From Octopus sinensis (taxonomy: Eukaryota), in assembly GCF_006345805.1 (NCBI RefSeq), contig NC_042999.1:130448001-130512000 (forward strand): 64,000 nucleotides of DNA, written 5' to 3'. Below the pieces are notes generated by a model that saw only the letters and a list, made by a program, of their open reading frames with translations, was not told where the DNA came from and made no database searches. This document shows, piece by piece, positions 1 to 13,113 of this stretch. Both the position numbers and the translations under genes were made by a program. How positions within the stretch are numbered: position 1 is the stretch's first letter; each line of letters starts with the position of its first letter.

Positions 1-171
1 AAATTTTTCATGTTATTACTATTTTGTACATACGCGTGGCCTTCTTGAATGTAATGTATATGTAATATTGTATTTTCTTGTGCACATATACAGGCTCTAG
101 TTTTTTTTTATATGCACGTATACATGCTCCCACATAACCTCCTTGAAAGTAATATAAATATAATATTTAGT

Positions 172-930
<759 letters not shown>

Positions 931-1129
931 GTGTGTTCAGGCTAAATTTGACATGTTTTAAAATATAATGTTGCCTTTTTTAGGAACAGCTGGATGTGTA
1001 GGCGAACAGTCAACGACGTGGAAGAGCATAAAGGTGAAAATTGTATCTGAGAAAAAGTTAGCTGCCTTGGAGGACTAGGAAGCATTTGAATACTGTAAAA
1101 GAATTAGCTGTATCATGATGACTTGAGCC

Positions 1130-1720
1130 GTTTATCAAAATGTCGACATCATGACCGCCACTCAGTGCTCTGTGCAGACTGCAAAGGCTGTAAGATGTAA
1201 CATGGACAGATGCAGCGGAGACTACGAATACCGTGTCGTGCAGGAGGGGACACAGAATGTGTTCTGAATGCATTCGCACGCCGGAATTCATCCCCACATC
1301 TTTGAACAGGGCCTTAGGCTCAATACAGACGGCTATGTAAAGCTACTGGAAGTTGTGGTTAATCCCTGGTTGGAATGGGTTGCTGCTGGAAATCCATATG
1401 TGTAACAGCAGGATTTGGCTCCTTGCCATAACTCCAGAAAGAGTCAAAAGTGGTTGTCGGATAATTTATACTTCACCAGCTCCAATTTCTGGCCTCCCAA
1501 TACTTCTGATTGTAATCCCATAAATTACTATGTGTGGAGCACAGTTAAGAAAGATACCAACCACTCTGTCTGCAACACCAAGGCCAAGTTGGTAACCAAG
1601 ATTAGGATGGTGTTCGAAGAGTGAGGAACATTTGAACCAGGTTCTGAAACCGTTTTGAGGCCGCAATGGAAACTGATGGTGGAAGCCTTGAGTAAACTAT
1701 TATCTCTCAGTCACAATCTA
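1130..1720 (+). mobile_element. Internally deleted Tc1/mariner (maT/DD37D-like) transposase remnant
   Basis: N-terminal-like TQCSVQTAKAVR...DYE and SECIRTPEFI joined directly to the catalytic C-terminus PHIFEQGLRLNT...QQDLAPCH...WPPNTSDCNPINYYVW; contains stops and frameshifts. Confidence 0.75.
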
Positions 1721-1949
1721 GTTGATGTTTTTTTTAATTTTTAAAGATACCTTTATTTTTTGATGGGATATTGTGTTTTCTGTTCTTTTCATGCAAACCA
1801 TTAAATTTAACCCATACATATCAGATTTGTATTTTCAGTTTCTTCCAACCTTTTTAGGAAAATATCTTCATTTAAATATCTTCAAGAAACTAGATCAATT
1901 TTATGAAAATAAAATTACAAAAACTGAACCTAGAACATACAAAAACAAT

Positions 1950-2480
1950 AATAAACTACATAATGGTACAATTAGAAATATGAATTCTCTTAATAACCAC
2001 AACACTTATGAATCAATAAAATCTACAAATAATGCCACATCACCCATACACGCAAATTGAAATTGTAGAGACCCAAACGCTTGTAAATTAGACAGAGATT
2101 GTAAAAGAAAAAATGTTGTATACCAAGCAACAATTATAACACAGGATTCCTCTAAGTATCTTTATAACGGATGCACACAAAACTGGATCAAATCGCGAAT
2201 TTCTAACGACGAATCGACCTTTAGGGACCAAAGAAAAATGAACAGCACTGGACTCTCAAACAAAATTTGGCCCCTCAAAAAAAAAAGCAATATTGATTTC
2301 TCAATTTATTGGAAAATTCTATTATCTGCACCTTCTTACAAAATTAACAATAAGACCTATAGATTATGCCGTGAAGAAAGCTATAAAATAATGAAAATGA
2401 ATAGAAACCTAGTAAATACGAGGGATGGAAAATATTTTTCATGTAAACACATGACCAGATTCCTTTTCACTCATCTAATG
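1950..2480 (+). mobile_element. Penelope-like element C-terminus (GIY-YIG endonuclease remnant)
   Basis: Frameshifted translation gives CRDPNACKLDRDCKRKNVVYQAT...FRDQRKMNSTGLSNKIW...IYWKILLSAPSYKINNKTYRLC...SCKH, matching the typical PLE GIY-YIG C-terminal pattern. Confidence 0.8.
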
Positions 2481-2711
2481 TTGTTTGATATTATTTAACA
2501 TCACACTATATACCCCCTTATTTAACTAAATAACATCGTAACTTTTTTGATTTAATAATATTTCTTAATTCTGTAGCTTACATTATTTAATTATGATAAC
2601 TAAAAGACATTCTATATATATGGCCAATATGTATCCTGTGTCTCTATATATATTGATATCTATGCATATATGAAATTTAGCTTGTCTATGCTTTATAAGC
2701 TTCTGTCTGTA

Positions 2712-2739
2712 CGTATATATATATATATTATATATATAT

Positions 2740-2786
<47 letters not shown>

Positions 2787-2965
2787 TGATGTGCCTATAT
2801 TCGAATTTAATTACCCATTTACTTGTGCATGTGTACTAATAAAATCTGTTACTGGTTCACGGATAAGCGTAAGTGGGAGTATATGTGGGAATATATCTAT
2901 ATTTTTTTATTTATTATATATAGAGATATGTGTATATATGTGTGCGTACATGTATGTGTATGCGT

Positions 2966-3046
<81 letters not shown>
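2712..3046. repeat. (TA)n and (CT)n microsatellites
   Basis: Runs at about 2712-2785 and 2969-3046. Confidence 0.95.
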
Positions 3047-3048
<2 letters not shown>

Positions 3049-3260
3049 CAAAAACAATTAAGATTCAAGTGAATTCTAATGAATTCAAATGAATATGGTA
3101 CTTAACTTAGATGCACCAGAATTCTTTATGGTATTAACCATAAAATAATGTGGGGTGGTTATAACCAAGAAAAAAGCAACAAGAATGGATTAGTAGTTTA
3201 GTACAATTGTTTCATATATATATATGGAATTAAACGCAGGTGTTATTCAAGTTCTTTTAC

Positions 3261-3346
3261 TTCCGACATATGTTTCGAAGACAACGTTGGTATTATTCCA
3301 AAAGAAATAAAATGGTGTAAAACAATGTGATCTTCTTATCAGGGAA
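3261..3346 (-). ncRNA. Type-I hammerhead ribozyme-like motif (core variant CUGAUAA)
   Basis: Minus strand reads UUCC-CUGAUAA-GAAGA...UCUUC-GAAA-CAUAUG-UC-GGAA; stems I and II pair and stem III is the palindrome ACAUAUGU. Confidence 0.6.
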
Positions 3347-3962
3347 AGAAAGAAAGAAACCAAACTCATCAATAAGACATTTTAACAGAATGTGATGAAT
3401 GTGTATAATGATGAACGGAACGCTATTAAGTTGTTTTTTTTTAAAAAAAACCGTTTGTAGATATAACGTCAAAGGTAGCCTATAGAAAGAGAAGGGGTAA
3501 AAGAAAGAAATACGCAGAAAACTAATAAAGGAGAAATATAGAGCGATATGTAAATTAAAATAAAAGCTTAAAGGGTTGGAAATAGATATATCTAGTGGAA
3601 GTGAAATGTAAGAAGAAAATCAATGTTCAAATTATATTGAATGGTAGAAATTACTTATAACTAAAGGTATGAACTTTAGTTTATAGTCTGAATGCAAGTT
3701 ATAAGTTTCACATTAATTCATCGTAGACATTCTTGTTTTTCCGCAACTTTAAGCGAGACATCTACATCGGCTGGAATAGCTTTATCACGGGTCCCAAATA
3801 ATGAGGGCGGGGAATAAGTACGGGAGACTGGACATTTGCTTAATTTCATTTAAGCGAGTGGATTGGAATAAATGGTGGGTGGAAAATCGGTAATTTTATA
3901 GTGGTATTTGACATTTTTTAATTTTCTAGGTTGTCTCCCTTGATTTTTGAAAACCAGTTATT

Positions 3963-6900
3963 TACTCTCGGGTCCCAAATAATAGAGGGGTGTTGGAATA
4001 TGCGGGTGGGTTAGACATTTGCTTAAATTCATATAAGCGAGTGAGTGGGGATCAATAACTGTATGGTGTATGATCGATAATTAGCAAAACAAGCATCTTT
4101 AAGTACATATGACATGAGGTGAAAGAAATTAAGAGACAAGTGAAATTAACACATACGTGTGCTTCAAACGTTCACTTTATTTAAGATAGACATTTGTTAA
4201 TTATGGTAATTATGGGATTTTATTTTTAATGTTGTGGACTAAACAGATATTGATACAAGCAACACGTCTTAAAAAGAAAGAAAAATAAAACACAATGAAA
4301 AGAGTATAATCACCGTTTCGTGAACTTGCAGTATTTATTATACTATACATAATAAAACATAGCACTCTGTAAATAGTTATAATGATACACATGATTTTTC
4401 GTCACTGTCTTTCTGCAGGTTTCTCGGTTTCGATATTCGCTTTTTTACGGATTGCCGAGCTTCACTGACGGTTGACATGAGTTTGTTTCGATATGGCAAG
4501 AAAAGTGTAGAGGTCTCGTTTTTTCATCCAACACTTGTACTTTTTCAAGGAACAGAGCATTTTTATTAACCTGATCATCACTGCTGATTCCTACAGGAGA
4601 GATAGAGCTTCCTGTCATCATGTTTTGCCGAACGTGCTTTGGCTCCTGAGAAACTTCCATGGGGATTTATCCAGATGGACCAATCACCTCCAAAAGATTC
4701 CCAGATGACTCACTTTCGGCAGCTTTTTTCCTCAATGCCGCCACCATCAAATAGTTCTGAGCCTTCAATATTATTTGCACGCTTGACCCCTTTCGGTGGA
4801 ATTAAGTTTTTAATGACTCTCTGAAAAGTATTCGGGTAGGATTTTGACATCATCTCTAGATAAAACTCTCACATCGACGGACCGACGAAGTGCATGGTTC
4901 GGTCTGATACCTTATAATCTTCAGAGCCATCGAAAGCGTTTGTAGCCCACGTCAACTTGAAAGCAGCTTCGACATCAATCTTGCAATCTGCATGTGCTTG
5001 ATGTAGCATCTGCATCATCTCGGATCGATTGGACGTGGATACTTTATTCGGAGTTTGAGTTAATTTTTCCAACATCTTTGTTTTCTCTATTTCGCGATAT
5101 TTTGCTTTCAGTTGTTTGGGCAAGTGTATGTCGTTAACTTGAACAAATACGGCGATACCATTGCCGATGATGATTAGCACATAACCCCTTTTCCAGAGGG
5201 GGTCTCTCACCTCCAGCATAAAATGCAACATGTAATCATCGAGCACATAAATTGCAAAGTTTGCATGTGAAAAGTTATTGAATCGGTTTGGAAGATTTTC
5301 AATAGTACAGAGCAGTTGTTCTAATCTGTGAGAACCTTTAGGAGACCATTGATATTTCATTGTAGGCAGAGCATGTAGAGTGGTGGTCTTTTCCAGTTCC
5401 TCTAAATACAAACTCTGGGATAAGATTGATTTTGGTATCATTGCTAACCTGGGTCAACATTGTGATATGTTCCCAAGACAAATGGTTCTTTGACGAACGT
5501 ATCTTGATTTCTAAATAAGGTACCATGTCCGCTACTTTCATTCCAGTGCAAGGGCATTTGATAAGAGGATATACGCCAAATTTATCAAGGAAATAACGAC
5601 GCACACTCCATATGTTCTTCAAATAATCCTGAATGCGCTCAACACATTACTCTTTAGAGACTGAAATGCGCTTGTTTGGAAATTTTAGTGATACTCCATA
5701 CTCTTTTTTGCCAACCTTTCATCCAGCTGTTTGAAAAACAAAGCTTTCCCCATGTGGTATGTTGGCAAATGGATTCCTCATAAAACTTCTCAGCCTGTAA
5801 TAGGAAACGAGCGTGATGATCTCCCATGCAGCAATGTTCTAACATCCACAAAGCTTTCAAACAAGGCGATTTTCACGCTTGGTGCTTTTGTTTTACGACC
5901 TCCTCCAGCGACTTGAAATGTTTCTTTGGATTTTTTTCAGCGCTGTCAAGTTCGCCTTTCAGATATCTTTAATAACAGCGTTTGGCTACCTTAACAGCAG
6001 AATCAAATAGTTCATCAGAGCTTTTGACACCGGCCAAATTCGAGTAAAACAAACGAACTGCTTTGGCGAGATATCCCTGTTTCGCGTGTCTGGGACATGG
6101 CGTTTCCTTTTAACATCCCAATGAGTTTTCCCTTTCATTCGCTCTAATTCAGCATCATACTCCTCTTAGAATTTGTCTACCACTATAGCAACTGTTTGCT
6201 TTTCTCCTATAGAATAATTTCCATACGTCGCACCACGAAATATTCTTTTCTTTGTCATGATATTATGAAAAAAAGTTCGTATACAAATTGCTTGAGTCGT
6301 GTTGATGTTGTTAAATCCTTATTCCGTAAAAAGCTTGTCTGTAAGGATAAACAGTTCGTCATTGAAGCTCTTAGTTTGCGTGAAATTTGTGTTGATGATT
6401 GGTAGAGAAATCATAGAGAAGCTGAAAATGAAGATTTGTTGACTACAGTGTAGAGTAGTTGTAAACTCACGCGTATGTTATAGATTGGGGCAGTTGTCCA
6501 GCCTCAAGTTTTTATAAACTCTGGCTGGTTGTAAAGCATATTTTCTGACAGCAATTTGTTTTATATGTATCCTAAAGCAGGTGTGTTGTGTCTCGAAATG
6601 ATTGATCTTAGGGTTGAAGGTTATCAATGCCCTGAAATTTTGAAGGCTCACCCGCATGAACGTTGGCTACATATACAGTGGATAATATTTTTCTTCAATG
6701 CGTTATGAAAACAAATAGAACACACCAGATTTTCTTCCCATTCCTGTCATTTTTTTTTTTTTTTTTGTCATGCTGATTCACAATTTGTGTCAGTCAAAAT
6801 AATAATGAATGCCCCAGAGTTTATTATTTTGTACTAGTAACGGGAATCAATTTAATCGACTTTTCCCTTCCTTTTAAATAGCTGGCCTTGTGCCTAAAGC

Positions 6901-7344
6901 ATCGGGCAACGTGCCTTTCGGCATAGAGTTATGGCCCATTACGTTCTGAGTTCAATCCTGCTGAGGTTAACTTTACTTTCATCCCTACGGGGTCGATAAA
7001 ATAAAGCACCAGTAATCCACTTTAATCCACTTGTCCCTCCCCACAAATTGTTGGCCTTGTGCCTAAATGAGAAATCATTTAAAATTTTCTAGGCTATCAC
7101 CCTTGATTTTTTTTAAACCAGAATTAATTATTTAGCTTATATATCCAATTTATTTTATAACATATGGTATTATTTGTAATGTTCTTTTTTTTTCATATAT
7201 ATGTATAATATTTTTAACGTAAAATAAAATTATCAGATTCTCCAGCTGTTGTATCAATATGAATAGCTTACAATAAAATTTCACAGGAGATAGATTAGAA
7301 AAATTTAATAAGCGGGGGTGGGCGTTATTCAAGACCCCAGAGTA
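3963..7344 (-). mobile_element. Degenerate pogo-superfamily DNA transposon (CENP-B-type HTH plus DDE_1 transposase, about 6370 to 4445)
   Basis: Fragments GGGRKTKAP...F-DVR, FSNSWMKGWQK, QWSPKGSHRLEQ, YVLDDY, VQVNDIHL, TNAFDGSED; TIR pair TACTCTCGGGTCCCAAATAA (3963) vs reverse complement TACTCTGGGGTCTTGAATAA (ending 7344), 16/20 identical. Confidence 0.8.
6880..7075 (+). mobile_element. SINE family B copy (nested in the pogo element)
   Basis: Shares ttacgttctgagttcaa...ggggtcgataaaataa...ggccttgtgcc with many copies in the window. Confidence 0.8.
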
Positions 7345-7399
7345 TCTCTACAATAGTGCCTGACTTTTGTTCTTTGTCCCAAAGAACAAGGTCGACTCT

Positions 7400-7800
7400 T
7401 GCGTTTATAGCAGATTGCTGTTTTTATAGGAAAGGCCCACCTGTGTTCCTTATTTCTAATGTGTGAGTATATTCTGATTCTTGTGTATCTTTCGTATGAA
7501 CATCAGAACAACCCTTCGTAGTTTTTTTTTTTTTTTTTCTCAGAAACGTCTTGTGAAAAAGTAGCATTTTGCGGACATTTTGAGGTAGCTGGTGATGATG
7601 TGCGATATCTTTCATAACGGTATGACACAACTGACATTTTCTGTCATAACGTAGTGATCTAGAAGCATACTTATTACTTTGATCATATATTTAGAAGTTG
7701 CCTTCTGGGAGAGGCTATTCTTCCGTCTAATGTAGTCGCTACCTCTAATGTTTGGGGATATCTACCCATTCATATCTTTCAGGTGATATGATGAAAGTGT
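7400..7800 (-). mobile_element. RLE-type (R4/Dong-like) non-LTR retrotransposon C-terminal fragment
   Basis: Frameshifted QKATSKYMIK...RKCQLCHTVMKDIAH/HIITSYLKMSAKCY resembles the CCHC finger preceding the restriction-like endonuclease. Confidence 0.5.
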
Positions 7801-8973
7801 CTAAGTTTCTACTGAAGTAGATCAGTTCAGCAAACCTACTTGAACTTGTTCAATAAACACGATGCGAAATTAGAAAGCTGTTTCGACATGGCGTATCTGA
7901 AATGTAATCAGTTCATTTTCAAATTGAATTGACTGGAGTTATTAAATCTGCCGGTGCCTGGCCCACCTGATGAATAGCTAACTATTAGCAACTGTAAATG
8001 CATATCTAAGCATGTTCAAGAGAATTTGTATTTGTGACTCTTCTGTGACTATTAGCTGTTTGAAGATAATTTGTGATGACCGTGCGAATCAAGGTGGCGG
8101 GAATGGCTCTTTAGTACATCACACGGTCGATACAATAAATATAAAATGAATAGCACATGTAAGTGCCTGAGAGAAATAGGAGACAACCGAATAGAATAGT
8201 TAAGATAAGATTTATTGATATGTATACATGTGTGACTGTGTGCGCGTTATGTATACAGAATAATTGACAGGCCGTCATGAGAGCAAAATGTGCATGTGTG
8301 TAAGCATAGATGTATGTTCGTGTGAGGAACATATAAGAACGGCAATGAAGAGAACGATGAAAGAGTCTATAGCCATCGAAGTGAGAAGTTCATAGACACA
8401 AGAATGAGAATAGCAGTTCGTAGTCAAATGTACACGGTAGTTGAAATGCTGTATCAAAAAGTTGCGGCCATGATGCTGAGCCGGTTGCAGGTACATGTAC
8501 GTGAAGTCGTGGCTGTGATGCCGCTGCCTGGGTCACTTGGTACAGGAGTTCTTGCAGGTTATATATTCTCTGTTGATCCATGGTGAAGTAATTCATGAAC
8601 AGAGAAGTGTTGGAACCTGGTAGAGAGATGATGTTGACGACGTTGAAAACATGACGGTGGCGATGATGGAGACTGCCGTAATGCTGTTGGACGAAGTTGT
8701 AAGTCCCAACGTGGCTGCTGCGGTATCGTCGCTAAAACTGGATGTGTGGTCAGTGGCGAGACCTAAAATGGTCTAGAACCAAAAGACCTCGAGATGAGAA
8801 GTTGGGTTTTTATAAGGAGCTGTTCGCTCAAAACTGGGTTGAGAACAGGCTATTTCGCGTGATTTTATTTAGAGGCTGCGATTGGTTATACGCGGCATGT
8901 TGGGGCGACAGAGTAAGAGACAAATTGCATCGATACCAACCAACCAGAGTAGTGGACACGACGTGATCTAAAT

Positions 8974-9350
8974 CATCATCATCATCATTGTTCGACCGTG
9001 GTCGAGACAATGGAATTTACTATGTTACGCCAGACTTCACGGTCCATCATAGCATTACGGAGGTCCTGTTGCTGGATGCCTGTATCCCTGGAGATTACAT
9101 CAGGGTAGGAGAGTGTGCGCCCTCTGGTATTGCGAGTAGATGGCTTCCAGAGGAGAAGAGTAGAAATTACTTCTTTTTCAGCTCTGCAACAATGTCCAGC
9201 AAACTGGACTCTCCTACCTTTCACAAGAGATGACACAGGTGGTAATTTCCCATATATTTGCATTTTGGTTGGATGGCGCTTCCACGAGAGATTTTGAGCT
9301 CTCATAAGGAGGCGAGTGTAGGTTCCATCCAACCGCCTCTCAAGCTTCTT
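8974..9350 (-). mobile_element. 5'-truncated RTE-type LINE 3' end with (TGA)n tail
   Basis: ORF 8985-9332 contains RRVQFAGHCCR...LLLWKP...RGRTLSYPD...MMDREVWR; 10-bp TSD TGATCTAAAT at 8964-8973 and 9351-9360. Confidence 0.9.
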
Positions 9351-9547
9351 TGATCTAAATAGCGGCCAAAGGCTAGCTTTTACTTGCTACGTTCGAATGC
9401 ACGTATATATAATAAAGCGGGGAGAGGAATTTCACTCGACTGTAAGCTACAAATCTTAGTGTTAACTTGTGTAGAAACAGTTGTAAAATGATTGTCTTCA
9501 ATGACACTTATCAGATTTTGACTGTTAAAAGCTTAGTAATGTGATTG

Positions 9548-9768
9548 CTCTTTTAGTCTTTTACTTGTTTCAGTCATTTGACTGTGACCATGCTGGAGCA
9601 CCGCCTTTAGTCGAGCAAATCGACCCCAGGACTTATTTTTTGTAAGCCTAGCACTTATTCTATCGGTCTCTTTTGCCGAACCGCTAAGTTGTGGGGACGT
9701 AAACACACCAACATCGGTTGTCAGCTTAGTCTTTTACTTGTTTCAGTCATTTGACTGTGGCCATGCTA
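9548..9768 (-). mobile_element. SINE family A 3' portion with duplicated tail
   Basis: Matches the full copy at 52232-52653; the tail segment is repeated at about 9726-9767. Confidence 0.85.
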
Positions 9769-10493
9769 ACTTTATGTAAGATGTTGAAAGCAATGAGTTT
9801 ATATGACAAAAAACTTTGTGATACATTATTTTAGATATACGAGGTTGAATTTTTTTTTAGTTGAAGCTGAAAGATTTATCAATCAGCATTGTATTTCATA
9901 TGAATGATTAGATCGAAGGTTTAGTTGTTTTAATGATTAAAATGGTGTCAGTTGAAGACTGTTTCTCGTTGAAGCATAAGTATAGCATTAAGTGAGTGAG
10001 TGTTGGAATGCCTTGGAGAACCTATTTAGACGCTTGACATGCTCAATGTCTGTATCGCCTTAAAATGCAAGATCAACTCTGAACAAACAGGCCTATAATC
10101 AAAGACATTTTAGCTACACCTGTCCCGTGTTTTTCCTATGTATAGGGAACGCAGACTACATTATCCAATTTTTTAAATTTCTGATTGCGATTCGAGGCTT
10201 GAGGTTTCTTCGTTAGCGTGTTGTGTTGGATTCGATCCTGCCGACGTGAAAAACTACCTACGATAGAATAGCGTCCTATCCAAGGGAACGTTTATTTCAA
10301 TTTAATTTTACAGATAAGTACCGACCTTACGTATCCACAAGAAATGGATTAGCCGGCTATTCCACCCTTCCTCCTTGTTACCTCTTTGTCCTCAGTTCAG
10401 GTACTCAGTTACTTTGGTTTTAAAAAGAAAAGAAACTAAACATTTGTTACTATGGCCGAGTTTCGAAATTTTTAACTTAGCCTATATTTGATA

Positions 10494-10700
10494 TAAGGCG
10501 ACGAGCTGGCAGAATAGTTAGCGCGTCGGACAAGAATGTTTAGTGGCATATTTTCCGACTCTTTAGGTTCTGAGTTCAAATCTCTGTCGAGATCATCTCT
10601 GCCTTTCATGCCTCCGGAGTCAATAAAATAAAGTACCAGTCAAGTACTGGGGTCGATGTAATCGACTTGTCCCCTCTCATCTAAAATTGCTGGCCTCGAA
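10494..10700 (+). mobile_element. SINE family B copy
   Basis: aaggcgacgagctggcagaa...aaataagtaccagt...ggggtcgatgtaatcgact. Confidence 0.85.
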
Positions 10701-11396
10701 CTGCGCTACAAACCAGCGTCTTTGCCCTGAATACAGGAGTAAGTTGTAATTTCAATCATTTATATGGATAAGCTAGATGGAAATCGGGTAACTGGCTTTT
10801 TGAGTCCTACGACCCATATTTATATAACATCGATTAGATATTGCGAGATTACAATTCATATTCAAGGCTGCGATGACGCTATAAGGTGTTACTCATGTAC
10901 TCAACTCTGAGTCCACTGCGTCTTATAGCAGAACAGTTTTAAGCTAATGAATTTCAGAAGATAATCGTTTCTTCCTTTGTCATCACATTTTCTTTTGTGC
11001 GTGTATTTTTTTAACTGGCCATTCACTCTTAACGGGATTTAACTATTGTGGCGTAAATTGCAGTTCAACAGACTTCGTTCTGGTAGTGCTATAAAACAAT
11101 CCATAGTTTGGCCTTGGAGTGAGATAAAGGATCGGTATATCAGACAAATTGCGTGCGATGTTTACGTTCTGAGTTCAGAATCTGTCAAGATCAATTTTCC
11201 ATTTCAACCTTCCTGTAGTCAATAAAAACAAATAAAAAAGTTCTGGGATCAATTCAATATTTGTGTAGATATGGACAAATCGCGGACCTTGGATTGCATG
11301 CAATTCTTTGTGACTTTTGGGGGTGCGGGGGGGGGGGGGGATAAGCATAATATCAGTGTGTTACTAATCACTAAAACTCTGACAATTTTTAGATAT

Positions 11397-11660
11397 CTTT
11401 TTACCTTTTACTTGCTTCAGACATTAGACTGCGACCATGCTACAGTACTGCTTTGAAGAATTTTTAGTCGAATGACTTGACCCCAGTACTTATTCTATCG
11501 ATTTCCTTTACCGAACTGCTAAGTTAAGTCATCAAGCGGTAGTAGGGGACAAACACAGGGATACACACACACACACACACAAATGGGCTTTCAGTTTTTG
11601 CCTACCAGATCCACTCATAGGGCTTTGGTCAACCCGAGGCTATAGAAGACACTTGCAGCA
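11397..11660 (-). mobile_element. SINE family A copy (degenerate)
   Basis: Similarity to 52232-52653 including the internal (CA)n. Confidence 0.8.
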
Positions 11661-11942
11661 GAACAGTTATGGGGTGGGGGATTTACTGAATATGGTCTTC
11701 CATCAAATAATTACATATGTAACACAGAAGCAGTGTTTGTTTAAAACAGTAATCTGTGTATCATACTTAAAGCAGTTAAATCATTGGGAGCCGAATGAAT
11801 TGTGGTATTCGCCTTAAGATCGTATCTCAAACGTACGGTGTTAAAAAAGGGACAAATATATCAATAGCAGATGGAAATTATCCAGCAACAGTGATGGTAT
11901 TATTCATTTCTTAAATATACAAGTTACAGATTTTATAATATA

Positions 11943-13113
11943 CAGGGTGTCCATAAAGTCTTTTTACAATTTACAAATTTTATTACAAAAGGCAATTGAT
12001 AAGATATCTTAATCAGACTTGTTTTATTGTACTCAGTGCTTTTCAAAGTTTTTTTTTTTTTTTTGCCGCATTTAATACACTTCTATATGGGTACTATTAG
12101 TCGCACGAAGCACATCAAGAGTGTACTCGATTTCTTGCCATGTTCGCTGCCACATAGCCTCGTCAATGGTTGCAATCGCATCTGTTATCTTTTGCTTTAG
12201 TTCGGTAATGTCCTGTATCTTTGTTCGATACACGATATCTTTAACATAGCCCCATAAAAAGAAATCCAGAAATGTGAGGTCTGGTGAACTTGGTGCCCAC
12301 GGAATTGGTTCATCTCTTCCAATACAACGGTCTGGAAATGTTTGATTGAGGAACTCCCGAACATGCAGTCCCCAATGTGGTGGGGGCACCCTTTTGCTGG
12401 AAAATGATGGTCGGTTGAAGGTTCTGGAGTTGTGGTGCCACATATTCAATTAAAAGGTCAAGGTAGACATTTGTAGTAACTAATCTCTCGTTGAAGAAAA
12501 ATGAACCAATAATTCGATTGCACATAATTCCATAGCCGACATTCGTTTTGGGACTATCGTGCTGAACTTCTCTAGTCACTTTAGGTTGTTCTGATCCCCA
12601 GATTCTTACATTGTATTTTTTTCAGATTCCCTGAAACATGAAACGTTGCCTCATTACTAAAACAAACTCGCCTGAGGAGACAATTTTCGTCTTGGTTTAT
12701 CATTTGGCTCGATTGCCTGTAGGAATTGTACTTTATAAGCATACAATCGCAGGTTCTTGTGTAGGACTTTGTGTACTGTTGAACGCGGTAGCTCAAACTG
12801 TCTAACAACAGTACGGATGGACTTTGTGGGAGAACGAGAAAAGTCTCTCTTACACGATCAATGTTTTCCTCAGATGTTCTTAGTCGCCCACTCATTCTAA
12901 CACTGTCCATGTCTCCTTAAATTTCTTGTGCCATGCACGAATTAACGGACGTGATGGTAGATCTCTTCCATACTTTGTTCTGTAGTTTCGGTGAGTCTGC
13001 GTATCCGATTTTGTCTCAATAAACCATAATACGCATTGTGCCTTCCCTTGAGGAGTAGCCATTTCTTAGGGGTTCTTTTAAAAAAAACGCCTCTTTGATC
13101 TGCAGGATGCCTG
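11943..13113 (-). mobile_element. Tc1/mariner DD41D (rosa/Visitor-type) transposon, pseudogenised ORF 13062 to 12072
   Basis: MATPQGKAQCVLWF..., FSNEATFH, FQQ(K)GAPPHW, WAPSSPDLTFLDFFLWGYVKD; 41 residues counted between the 2nd and 3rd catalytic positions; TA-CAGGGTGTCC terminus at 11941; other end uncertain. Confidence 0.9.

Noticed and set aside
7877-7990. Half hammerhead motifs (CTGATGA-atag/ctat on +; CGAAAC on -)
   Set aside because: The halves are on opposite strands and neither gives a complete core
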